A stretch of 64,000 nucleotides of DNA from Eledone cirrhosa (Eukaryota), in the NCBI GenBank assembly GCA_964016885.1, contig OZ024750.1:35774001-35838000 (forward strand), read 5' to 3'. The notes under the pieces are model-generated. The model was given only the letters and a program-made list of their open reading frames with translations, searched no databases and was not told where the DNA came from. Both the position numbers and the translations under genes were made by a program. Positions 49,601 through 64,000 of this stretch are shown piece by piece. Within the stretch, counting starts at the first letter, position 1. Every line of letters starts with the position of its first letter.

Positions 49601-52600
49601 ATATTATACAGTTACTATAATATACAGTTACTATATTATACAGTTACTATATTATACAGTTACTATATTATGTAATTACTATATTATACAGTTACTATAT
49701 TATGTAGTTACTATATTATACAGTTACTATATTATACTGTTACTATTTTATACAGTTACTATATTATACAGTTACTATATTATACTGTTACTATATTATG
49801 TAGTTACTATATTATACTGTTACTATATTATACTGTTACTATATTATACTGTTACTATGTTATATTGTTACTATATTATACTGTTACTATATTATACAGT
49901 TACTATATTATACTGTTACTATATTATACAGTTAATATATTATACTGTTACTATATTATACAGTTACTATATTATACAGTTACTATATTATACTGTTACT
50001 ATATTATACTGTTACTATATTATACTGTTACTATATTATACAGTTACTATATTATACGGTTACTATATTATACTGTTACTATATTATGTAGTTACTATAT
50101 CATACAGTTACTATATTATACTGTTACTATATTATACTCTTACTATATTATACAGTTACTATATTATACTGTTACTATATTATACAGTTACTATATTATA
50201 CAGTTACTGTATTATACAGTTACTATATTATACAGTTACTATATTATACTGTTACTATATAATACTGTTACTATATTATACTGTTACTATATTATACAGT
50301 TACTATATTATACAGTTACTATATTATACTGTTATTATATTATACTGTTACTATATTATACAGTTACTATATTATACAGTTACTATATTATACTGTTACT
50401 ATATTATACAGTTACTATATTATACTGTTACTATATTATACAGTTACTATATTATACAGTTACTATATTATACAGTTACTATATTATACTGTTACTATAT
50501 TATACAGTTACTATATTATACTGTTACTATATAATACTGTTACTATATTATACAGTTACTATATTATACAGTTACTATATTATACAGTTACTATATTATA
50601 CAGTTACTATATTATACTGTTACTATATTATACAGTTACTATATTATACTGTTACTATATTATACTGTTACTATATTATACAGTTACTATATTATACAGT
50701 TACTATATTATACAGTTACTATATTATACTGTTACTATATTATACTGTTACTATATTATACAGTTACTATATTATACTGTTACTGTATTAAACTGTTACT
50801 ATATTATACAGTTACTATATTATACTGTTACTATATTATACAGTTACTATATTATACAGTTACTATATTATACTGTTACTATATTATACTGTTACTATAT
50901 TATACAGTTACTATATTATACTGTTACTATATTATACAGTTACTATATTATACTGTTACTATATTATACTGTTACTATATTATACTGTTACTATATTATA
51001 CAGTTCCTATATTATACTGTTACTATATTATACAGTTACTATATTATACAGTTACTATATTATACAGTTACTATATTATACTGTTACTATATTATACAGT
51101 TACTATATTATACTGTTACTATATAATACTGTTACTATATTATACAGTACTATATTATACAGTTACTATATTATACAGTTACTATATTATACAGTTACTA
51201 TATTATACTGTTACTATATTATACAGTTACTATATTATACTGTTACTATATTATATTGTTACTATATTATACAGTTACTATATTATACAGTTGCTATATT
51301 ATACAGTTACTATATTATACTGTTACTATATTATACTGTTACTATATTATACAGTTACTATATTATACTGTTACTGTATTAAACTGTTACTATATTATAC
51401 AGTTACTATATTATACTGTTACTATATTATACAGTTACTATATTATACAGTTACTATATTATACTGTTACTATATTATACTGTTACTATATTATACAGTT
51501 ACTATATTATACTGTTACTATATTATACAGTTACTATATTATACTGTTACTATATTATACTGTTACTATATTATACTGTTACTATATTATACAGTTACTA
51601 TATTATACTGTTACTATATTATACTGTTACTATATTATACTGTTACTATATTATACAGTTACTATATTAGACAGTTACTATATTATACAGTTACTATATT
51701 ATACTGTTCCTATATTATACAGTTAATATATTATACTGTTACTATATTACACTGTTACTATATTATACTGTTACTATATTATACTGTTACTATATTATAC
51801 AGTTACTATATTATACTGTTACTATATTATACAGTTACTATATTATACTGTTACTATATTATACTGTTACTATATTATGTAGTTACTATATTATACTGTT
51901 ACGATATTATGTAGTTACTATATTATACAGTTACTATATTATACAGTTACTATATTATACTGTTACTATATTATACAGTTACTATATTATACTGTTACTA
52001 TATTATACAGTTACTATATTATACTGTTACTATATTATACAGTTACTATATTATACAGTTACTATATTATACTGTTACTATATTATACTGTTACTATATT
52101 ATACAGTTACTATATTATACTGTTACTATATTATACTGTTACTATATTATACAGTTACTATATTATACTGTTACTATATTATGTAGTTAATATATTATGT
52201 AGTTACTATATTATACAGTTACTATATTATACTGTTACTATATTATACAGTTACTATATTATACTGTTACTATATTATACTGTTACTATATTATACTGTT
52301 ACTATATTATACAGTTACTATATTATACTGTTACTATATTATGTAGTTACTATATTATACTGTTACTATATTATGTAGTTACTATATTATACTGTTACTA
52401 TATTATGTAGTTACTATATTATAAAGTTACTATATTATACAGTTACTATATTATACTGTTACTATATTATACTGTTACTATATTATACTGTTACTATATT
52501 ATGTAGTTACTATATTATACAGTTACTATATTATGTAGTTACTATATTATACTGTTACTATATTATGTAGTTACTATATTATACAGTTACTATATTATAC

Positions 52601-55600
52601 AGTTACTATATTATACTGTTACTATATTATACAGTTACTATATTATACTGTTACTATATTATGTAGTTACTATATTATACTGTTACTATATTATGTAGTT
52701 ACTATATTGTACAGTTACTATATTATACAGTTACTATATTATACAGTTACTATATTATACAGTTACTATATTATACTGTTACTATATTATACAGTTACTA
52801 TATTATACTATTAATATATTATACTGTTACTATATTATACTGTTACTATATAATGTAGTTACTATATTATGTAGTTACTATACTATACATTTATTATATT
52901 ATACTGTTATTATATTACACAGTTACTATATTATACAGTTACTATATTATACTGTTACTATATTATACAGTTACTATATTATGCAGTTACTATATTATAC
53001 AGTTACTATATTATGCTGTTACTATATTATACAGTTACTATATTATACAATTACTATATTATGATGTTACTATATTATACAGTTACTATATTATACAGTT
53101 ACTATATTATACTGTTACTATATTATGTAGTTACTATATTATACAGTTACTATATTATACTGTTACTATATTATACTGTTACTATATTATACAGTTACTA
53201 TATTATACTGTTACTATATTATACTGTTACTATATTATACTCTTACTATATTATACTGTTACTATATTATGTAGTTACTATATTATACTGTTACTATATT
53301 ATGTAGTTACTTTATTATACTGTTACTCTATTATACTGTTACTATATTATACAGTTACTATATTATGTAGTTACTATATTATACAGTTACTATATTATAC
53401 AGTTACTATATTATACTGTTACTATATTATACTGTTAGTATATTATGTAGTTACTATATTATACTGTTACTATATTATACTGTTACTATATTATACTGTT
53501 ACTATATTATACAGTTAGTATATTATGTAGTTACTATATTATACTGTTACTATATTATACTGTTAATATATTATACAGTTACTATATTATGTAGTTACTA
53601 TATTATACAGTTACTATATTATACAGTTACTATATTATACAGTTACTATATTATACAGTTACTATATTATACAGTTACTATATTATGTAATTACTATATT
53701 ATACAGTTACTATATTATGTAGTTACTATATTATACAGTTACTATATTATACTGTTACTATTTTATACAGTTACTATATTATACAGTTACTATATTATAC
53801 TGTTACTATATTATGTAGTTACTATATTATACTGTTACTATATTATACTGTTACTATATTATACTGTTACTATGTTATATTGTTACTATATTATACTGTT
53901 ACTATATTATACAGTTACTATATTATACTGTTACTATATTATACAGTTAATATAGTATACTGTTACTATATTATACAGTTACTATATTATACAGTTACTA
54001 TATTATACTGTTACTATATTATACTGTTACTATATTATACTGTTACTATATTATACAGTTACTATATTATCCGGTTACTATATTATACTGTTACTATATT
54101 ATGTAGTTACTATATCATACAGTTACTATATTATACTGTTACTATATTATACTCTTACTATATTATACAGTTACTATATTATACTGTTACTATATTATAC
54201 AGTTACTATATTATACAGTTACTGTATTATACAGTTACTATATTATACAGTTACTATATTATACTGTTACTATATAATACTGTTACTATATTATACTGTT
54301 ACTATATTATACAGTTACTATATTATACAGTTACTATATTATACTGTTATTATATTATACTGTTACTATATTATACAGTTACTATATTATACAGTTACTA
54401 TATTATACTGTTACTATATTATACAGTTACTATATTATACTGTTACTATATTATACAGTTACTATATTATACAGTTACTATATTATACAGTTACTATATT
54501 ATACTGTTACTATATTATACAGTTACTATATTATACTGTTACTATATAATACTGTTACTATATTATACAGTTACTATATTATACAGTTACTATATTATAC
54601 AGTTACTATATTATACAGTTACTATATTATACTTTTACTATATTATACTGTTACTATATTATACTGTTACTATATTATACTGTTACTATATTATACAGTT
54701 AGTATATTATGTAGTTACTATATTATACTGTTACTATATTATACTGTTAATATATTATACAGTTACTATATTATGTAGTTACTATATTATACAGTTACTA
54801 TATTATACAGTTACTATATTATACAGTTACTATATTATACAGTTACTATATTATACAGTTACTATATTATGTAATTACTATATTATACAGTTACTATATT
54901 ATGTAGTTACTATATTATACAGTTACTATATTATACTGTTACTATTTTATACAGTTACTATATTATACAGTTACTATATTATACTGTTACTATATTATGT
55001 AGTTACTATATTATACTGTTACTATATTATACTGTTACTATATTATACTGTTACTATGTTATATTGTTACTATATTATACTGTTACTATATTATACAGTT
55101 ACTATATTATACTGTTACTATATTATACAGTTAATATATTATACTGTTACTATATTATACAGTTACTATATTATACAGTTACTATATTATACTGTTACTA
55201 TATTATACTGTTACTATATTATACTGTTACTATATTATACAGTTACTATATTATACGGTTACTATATTATACTGTTACTATATTATGTAGTTACTATATC
55301 ATACAGTTACTATATTATACTGTTACTATATTATACTCTTACTATATTATACAGTTACTATATTATACTGTTACTATATTATACAGTTACTATATTATAC
55401 AGTTACTGTATTATACAGTTACTATATTATACAGTTACTATATTATACTGTTACTATATAATACTGTTACTATATTATACTGTTACTATATTATACAGTT
55501 ACTATATTATACAGTTACTATATTATACTGTTATTATATTATACTGTTACTATATTATACAGTTACTATATTATACAGTTACTATATTATACTGTTACTA

Positions 55601-56200
55601 TATTATACAGTTACTATATTATACTGTTACTATATTATACAGTTACTATATTATACAGTTACTATATTATACAGTTACTATATTATACTGTTACTATATT
55701 ATACAGTTACTATATTATACTGTTACTATATAATACTGTTACTATATTATACAGTTACTATATTATACAGTTACTATATTATACAGTTACTATATTATAC
55801 AGTTACTATATTATACTGTTACTATATTATACAGTTACTATATTATACTGTTACTATATTATACTGTTACTATATTATACAGTTACTATATTATACAGTT
55901 ACTATATTATACAGTTACTATATTATACTGTTACTATATTATACTGTTACTATATTATACAGTTACTATATTATACTGTTACTGTATTAAACTGTTACTA
56001 TATTATACAGTTACTATATTATACTGTTACTATATTATACAGTTACTATATTATACAGTTACTATATTATACTGTTACTATATTATACTGTTACTATATT
56101 ATACAGTTACTATATTATACTGTTACTATATTATACAGTTACTATATTATACTGTTACTATATTATACTGTTACTATATTATACTGTTACTATATTATAC
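43700..56200 (+). repeat. Large duplication, offset ~7.95 kb, containing nested 1168/1184-bp and 2783-bp duplications
   Basis: tattagacag (g at 43721/51670) and cgat at 43953/51902 (offset 7949). Nested pairs at 45906/47074 (1168), 53880/55064 (1184) and 47082/49865 (2783). Confidence 0.85.
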
Positions 56201-56899
56201 AGTTACTATATTATACTGTTACTATATTATGTAGTTACTATATTATACTGTTACTATATTATACTGTTACTATATTATGTAGTTACTATATTATACAGTT
56301 ACTATATTATACAGTTACTATATTATACTGTTACTATATTATACTGTTACTATATTATACTGTTACTATATTATGTAGTTACTATATTATACAGTTACTA
56401 TATTATGTAGTTACTATATTATACTGTTACTATATTATGTAGTTACTATATTATACAGTTCCTATATTATACAGTTACTATATTATACTGTTACTATATT
56501 ATACAGTTACTATATTATACTGTTACTATATTATACAGTTACTATATTATACTGTTACTATATTATACTGTTACTATATTATACTGTTACTATATTATAC
56601 AGTTACTATATTATACTGTTACTATATTATGTAGTTACTATATTATACTGTTACTATATTATACTGTTACTATATTATGTAGTTACTATATTATACAGTT
56701 ACTATATTATACAGTTACTATATTATACTGTTACTATATTATACTGTTACTATATTATACTGTTACTATATTATGTAGTTACTATATTATACAGTTACTA
56801 TATTATGTAGTTACTATACTATACTGTTACTATATTATGTAGTTACTATATTATACAGTTCCTATATTATACAGTTACTATATTATACTGTTACTATAT

Positions 56900-59800
56900 T
56901 ATACAGTTACTATATTATACTGTTACTATATTATGTAGTTACTATATTATACTGTTACTATATTATGTAGTTACTATATTATACAGTTACTATATTATAT
57001 AGCTACTATATTATACAGTTACTATATTATACAGTTACTATATTATACTGTTACTATATTATACAGTTACTATACTATACTGTTACTATATTATACTGTT
57101 ACTATATTATACTGTTACTATATTATACTGTTACTATATTATACAGTTACTATATTATACTGTTACTATATTATACAGTTACTATATTATACAGTTACTA
57201 TATTATACTGTTACTATATTATACGGTTACTATATTATACAGTTACTATATTATACAGTTACTATATTATACAGTTACTATATTATACTGTTACTATATT
57301 ATACAGTTACTATATTATACAGTTACTATATTATACTGTTACTATATTATACTGTTACTATATTATACTGTTACTATATTATACAGTTACTATATTATAC
57401 GGTTACTATATTATACTGTTACTATATTATGTAGTTACTATATCATACAGTTACTATATTATACTGTTACTATATCATACTGTTACTATATTATGTAGTT
57501 ACTATATTATACTGTTACTATATTATGTAGTTACTATATTATACTGTTACTATATTATGTAGTTACTATATTATACAGTTACTATATTATACAGTAACTA
57601 TTTTATACAGTTACTATATTATACTGTTACTATATTATACAGTTACTATATTATACAGTTACTATATTATACTGTTACTATATTATACGGTTACTATATT
57701 ATAGTGTTACTATATTATGTAGTTACTATATCATACAGTTACTATATTATACTGTTACTATCTTATACTGTTACTATATTATACAGTTACTATATTATAC
57801 TGTTACTATATTATACAGTTAATATATTATACAGTTACTATATTATACAGTTACTATATTATACTGTTACTATATTATACAGTTACTATATTATACTGTT
57901 ACTATATTATACTGTTACTATATTATACAGTTACTATATTATACAGTTACTATATTATACAGTTACTATATTATACTGTTCCTATATTATACAGTTACTA
58001 TATTATACTGTTACTATATTACACTGTTACTATATTATACTGTTACTGTATTATACTGTTACTATATTATACAGTTACTATATTATACTGTTACTATATT
58101 ATACAGTTACTATATTATACTGTTACTATATTATACTGTTACTATATTATGTAGTTACTATATTATACTGTTACTATATTATGTAGTTACTATATTATAC
58201 AGTTACTATATTATACAGTTACTATATTATACTGTTACTATATTATACAGTTACTATATTATACTGTTACTATATTATACAGTTACTATATTATACTGTT
58301 ACTATATTATACAGTTACTATATTATACTGTTACTATATTATGCAGTTACTATATTATACAGTTACTATATTATACTGTTACTATATTATACTGTTACTA
58401 TATTATACAGTTACTATATTATACTGTTACTATATTATACTGTTACTATATTATACAGTTACTATATTATACTGTTACTATATTATGTAGTTACTATATT
58501 ATGTAGTTACTATATTATACAGTTACTATATTATACTGTTACTATATTATACAGTTACTATATTATACTGTTACTATATTATACTGTTACTATATTATAC
58601 TGTTACTATATTATACAGTTACTATATTATACTGTTACTATATTATGTAGTTACTATATTATACTGTTACTATATTATGTAGTTACTATATTATACTGTT
58701 ACTATATTATGTAGTTACTATATTATAAAGTTACTATATTATACAGTTACTATATTATACTGTTACTATATTATACTGTTACTATATTATACTGTTACTA
58801 TATTATGTAGTTACTATATTATACAGTTACTATATTATGTAGTTACTATATTATACTGTTACTATATTATGTAGTTACTATATTATACAGTTACTATATT
58901 ATACAGTTACTATATTATACTGTTACTATATTATACAGTTACTATATTATACTGTTACTATATTATGTAGTTACTATATTATACTGTTACTATATTATGT
59001 AGTTACTATATTATACAGTTACTATATTATACAGTTACTATATTATACAGTTACTATATTATACAGTTACTATATTATACTGTTACTATATTATACAGTT
59101 ACTATATTATACTATTAATATATTATACTGTTAATATATTATACTGTTACTATATAATGTAGTTACTATATTATGTAGTTACTATATTATACAGTTACTA
59201 TATTATACTGTTATTATATTACACAGTTACTATATTATACAGTTACTATATTATACTGTTACTATATTATACAGTTACTATATTATGCAGTTACTATATT
59301 ATACAGTTAATATATTATACAGTTACTATATTATGCTGTTACTATATTATACAGTTACTATATTATACAGTTACTATATTATACTGTTACTATATTATGT
59401 AGTTACTATATTATACAGTTACTATATTATACTGTTACTATATTATACTGTTACTATATTATACAGTTACTATATTATACTGTTACTATATTATACTGTT
59501 ACTATATTATACTGTTACTATATTATACTGTTACTATATTATGTAGTTACTATATTATACTGTTACTATATTATGTAGTTACTTTATTATACTGTTACTA
59601 TATTATACTGTTACTATATTATACTGTTACTATATTATACAGTTACTATATTATGTAGTTACTATATTATACAGTTACTATATTATACAGTTACTATATT
59701 ATACAGTTACTATATTATACTGTTAGTATATTATGTAGTTACTATATTATACTGTTACTATATTATACTGTTACTATATTATACTGTTACTATATTATAC

Positions 59801-62800
59801 AGTTAGTATATTATGTAGTTACTATATTATACTATTACTATATTATACAGTTACTATATTATGTAGTTACTATATTATACTGTTACTATATTATACTGTT
59901 AATATATTATACAGTTACTATATTATGTAGTTACTATATTATACAGTTACTATATTATACAGTTACTATATTATACAGTTACTATATTATACAGTTACTA
60001 TATTATACAGTTACTATATTATGTAGTTACTATATTATACAGTTACTATATTATGTAGTTACTATATTATACAGTTACTATATTATACTGTTACTATATT
60101 ATACAGTTACTATATTATACAGTTACTATATTATACTGTTACTATATTATGTAGTTACTATATTATACTGTTACTATATTATACTGTTACTATATTATAC
60201 TGTTACTATGTTATACTGTTACTATATTATACTGTTACTATATTATACAGTTACTATATTATACTGTTACTATATTATACAGTTAATATATTATACTGTT
60301 ACTATATTATACAGTTACTATATTATACTGTTACTATAGTATGTAGTTAATATATTATACTGTTACTATATTATACTGTTACTATATTATACTGTTACTA
60401 TATTATACTGTTACTATGTTATACAGTTACTATATTATACTGTTACTATATTATGTAGTTACTATATTATACTGTTACTATATTATACTGTTACTATATT
60501 ATACAGTTACTATATTGTACTGTTACTATATTATACAGTTACTATATTATACAGTATAATATAGTAACAGTATAATATAGTAACAGTATATTATACAGTT
60601 ACTATATTATGTAGTTACTATATTATACAGTTACTATATTATACAGTTACTATATTATGTAGTTACTATATTATACAGTTACTATATTATACTGTTACTA
60701 TATTATACAGTTACTATATTATACTGTTACTATATTAAACTGTTACCATATTATACTGTTACTATATTATACTGTTACTATATTATACTGTTACTATATT
60801 ATGTAGATACTATATTATACAGTTACTATATTATACAGTTACTATATTATACAGTTACTATATTATACAGTTACTATATTATACTGTTACTATATTATAC
60901 TGTTACTATATTATACTGTTACTATATTATACAGTTACTATATTATACAGTTACTATATTATACTGTTACTATATTATACTGTTACTATATTATACAGTT
61001 ACTATATTATACAGTTACTATATTATTCTGTTACTATATTATACAGTTACTATATTATACAGTTACTATATTATACAGTTACTATATTATACTGTTACTA
61101 TATTATACAGTTACTATATTATACTGTTACTATATAATACTGTTACTATATTATACAGTTACTATATTATACTGTTACTATATTTTACAGTAACTATATT
61201 ATACAGTTACTATATTATACAGTTACTATATTATACTGTTACTATATTATACAGTTACTATATTATACTGTTACTATATTATACTGTTACTATATTATAC
61301 AGTTACTATATTATACTGTTACTATATTATGTAGTTACTATATTATACTGTTACTATATTATGTAGTTACTATATTATACAGTTACTATATTATATAGCT
61401 ACTATATTATACAGTTACTATATTATACAGTTACTATATTATACTGTTACTATATTATACAGTTACTATACTATACTGTTACTATATTATACTGTTACTA
61501 TATTATACTGTTACTATATTATACTGTTACTATATTATACAGTTACTATATTATACTGTTACTATATTATACAGTTACTATATTATACAGTTACTATATT
61601 ATACTGTTACTATATTATACGGTTACTATATTATACAGTTACTATATTATACAGTTACTATATTATACAGTTACTATATTATACAGTTACTATATTATAC
61701 TGTTACTATATTATACGGTTACTATATTATACAGTTACTATATTATACAGTTACTATATTATACAGTTACTATATTATACTGTTACTATATTATACAGTT
61801 ACTATATTATACAGTTACTATATTATACTGTTACTATATTATACTGTTACTATATTATACTGTTACTATATTATACAGTTACTATATTATACGGTTACTA
61901 TATTATACTGTTACTATATTATGTAGTTACTATATCATACAGTTACTATATTATACTGTTACTATATCATACTGTTACTATATTATGTAGTTACTATATT
62001 ATACTGTTACTATATTATGTAGTTACTATATTATACTGTTACTATATTATGTAGTTACTATATTATACAGTTACTATATTATACAGTAACTATTTTATAC
62101 AGTTACTATATTATACTGTTACTATATTATACAGTTACTATATTATACAGTTACTATATTATACTGTTACTATATTATACGGTTACTATATTATAGTGTT
62201 ACTATATTATGTAGTTACTATATCATACAGTTACTATATTATACTGTTACTATCTTATACTGTTACTATATTATACAGTTACTATATTATACTGTTACTA
62301 TATTATACAGTTAATATATTATACAGTTACTATATTATACAGTTACTATATTATACTGTTACTATATTATACAGTTACTATATTATACTGTTACTATATT
62401 ATACTGTTACTATATTATACAGTTACTATATTATACAGTTACTATATTATACAGTTACTATATTATACTGTTCCTATATTATACAGTTACTATATTATAC
62501 TGTTACTATATTACACTGTTACTATATTATACTGTTACTGTATTATACTGTTACTATATTATACAGTTACTATATTATACTGTTACTATATTATACAGTT
62601 ACTATATTATACTGTTACTATATTATACTGTTACTATATTATGTAGTTACTATATTATACTGTTACTATATTATGTAGTTACTATATTATACAGTTACTA
62701 TATTATACAGTTACTATATTATACTGTTACTATATTATACAGTTACTATATTATACTGTTACTATATTATACAGTTACTATATTATACTGTTACTATATT

Positions 62801-64000
62801 ATACAGTTACTATATTATACTGTTACTATATTATGCAGTTACTATATTATACAGTTACTATATTATACTGTTACTATATTATACTGTTACTATATTATAC
62901 AGTTACTATATTATACTGTTACTATATTATACTGTTACTATATTATACAGTTACTATATTATACTGTTACTATATTATGTAGTTACTATATTATGTAGTT
63001 ACTATATTATACAGTTACTATATTATACTGTTACTATATTATACAGTTACTATATTATACTGTTACTATATTATACTGTTACTATATTATACTGTTACTA
63101 TATTATACAGTTACTATATTATACTGTTACTATATTATGTAGTTACTATATTATACTGTTACTATATTATGTAGTTACTATATTATACTGTTACTATATT
63201 ATGTAGTTACTATATTATAAAGTTACTATATTATACAGTTACTATATTATACTGTTACTATATTATACTGTTACTATATTATACTGTTACTATATTATGT
63301 AGTTACTATATTATACAGTTACTATATTATGTAGTTACTATATTATACTGTTACTATATTATGTAGTTACTATATTATACAGTTACTATATTATACAGTT
63401 ACTATATTATACTGTTACTATATTATACAGTTACTATATTATACTGTTACTATATTATGTAGTTACTATATTATACTGTTACTATATTATGTAGTTACTA
63501 TATTATACAGTTACTATATTATACAGTTACTATATTATACAGTTACTATATTATACAGTTACTATATTATACTGTTACTATATTATACAGTTACTATATT
63601 ATACTATTAATATATTATACTGTTAATATATTATACTGTTACTATATAATGTAGTTACTATATTATGTAGTTACTATATTATACAGTTACTATATTATAC
63701 TGTTATTATATTACACAGTTACTATATTATACAGTTACTATATTATACTGTTACTATATTATACAGTTACTATATTATGCAGTTACTATATTATACAGTT
63801 AATATATTATACAGTTACTATATTATGCTGTTACTATATTATACAGTTACTATATTATACAGTTACTATATTATACTGTTACTATATTATGTAGTTACTA
63901 TATTATACAGTTACTATATTATACTGTTACTATATTATACTGTTACTATATTATACAGTTACTATATTATACTGTTACTATATTATACTGTTACTATATT
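56900..64000 (+). repeat. Duplication with offset 4396-4492 bp; second copy truncated by the window end
   Basis: gctact at 57002/61398 (4396). Identical pseudo-ORFs at 57704/62196 and atgcag at 59285/63777 (4492). The 96-bp difference is a 6-monomer internal duplication (cggtt ~61620 and ~61716). Confidence 0.88.
60551..60590 (-). repeat. 40-bp inverted tract, copy 3
   Basis: Identical sequence and junctions to copies 1 and 2, with the same flanking markers (ctatagtatg ~60334, attaaactgttacca ~60734, gtagatact ~60803). Confidence 0.97.

Larger units (their letters stand above)
1..64000 (+). repeat. 16-bp tandem satellite array, ~4,000 monomers, consensus GTTACTATATTATAC(A/T) with a common GTTACTATATTATGTA variant
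   Basis: Seen directly: monomer 1-16 gttactatattataca, 17-32 gttactatattatgta, continuing to the last base. Monomer start phase (position mod 16) goes from 1 at the start to 6 at the end, fully accounted for by 3 inversions (-4 each), 4 single-base insertions and 3 single-base deletions. Each main variant has 3 of 16 bases G/C. Confidence 0.99.

Noticed and set aside
1238-62678. All listed ORFs, up to 617 aa (e.g. 53880-55733, 17231-18697)
   Set aside because: They are translations of the satellite: the same 16-aa repeat in all frames, mutually overlapping, with starts and stops made by monomer variants and no unique domain.
1-64000. CRISPR array or repeat-spacer system
   Set aside because: There are no unique spacers (only a 3-bp, three-state variable site), no leader and no cas genes, and the period is only 16 bp.
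1-64000. TATAAT (-10 box) on the minus strand of most monomers, and TATA-like motifs
   Set aside because: A by-product of an AT-rich repeat, with no -35 element or downstream gene.
1-64000. Telomeric repeat
   Set aside because: No G-rich strand, and kilobase-scale duplications of variant patterns indicate recombinational expansion rather than telomerase addition.
1-64000. ACA/ACT/GTA order as stored information or a synthetic construct
   Set aside because: The order is explained by nested duplication and point mutation. I saw no framing, adapters or fixed block length.
1-64000. Assignment to a named satellite family, organism or centromere
   Set aside because: I do not recognise the monomer, and this needs a database search and chromatin data that I cannot run.

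Overview
The whole 64-kb window is one uninterrupted AT-rich (~19% GC) tandem satellite array of about 4,000 copies of a 16-bp monomer, GTTACTATATTAT(ACA/ACT/GTA). It runs off both ends of the window. There is no unique sequence and no credible gene, RNA gene, mobile element or CRISPR array. Every ORF in the track is an artefact of a monomer that lacks stop codons on the + strand. The sequence most resembles eukaryotic satellite DNA, but I do not recognise the family or organism. The notable structure is internal: (1) the monomer is a near-perfect quasi-palindrome; (2) three identical 40-bp micro-inversions with microhomology junctions, all descended from one event; (3) a three-state variant pattern and rare marker monomers that reveal nested duplications of about 0.5-8.4 kb; (4) a 16-bp register disturbed by only 7 single-base indels plus the inversions. 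I find no support for a novel protein-coding or defence system. Duplication boundaries were read by eye and are approximate (about +/-100 bp); offsets between named markers were counted directly.
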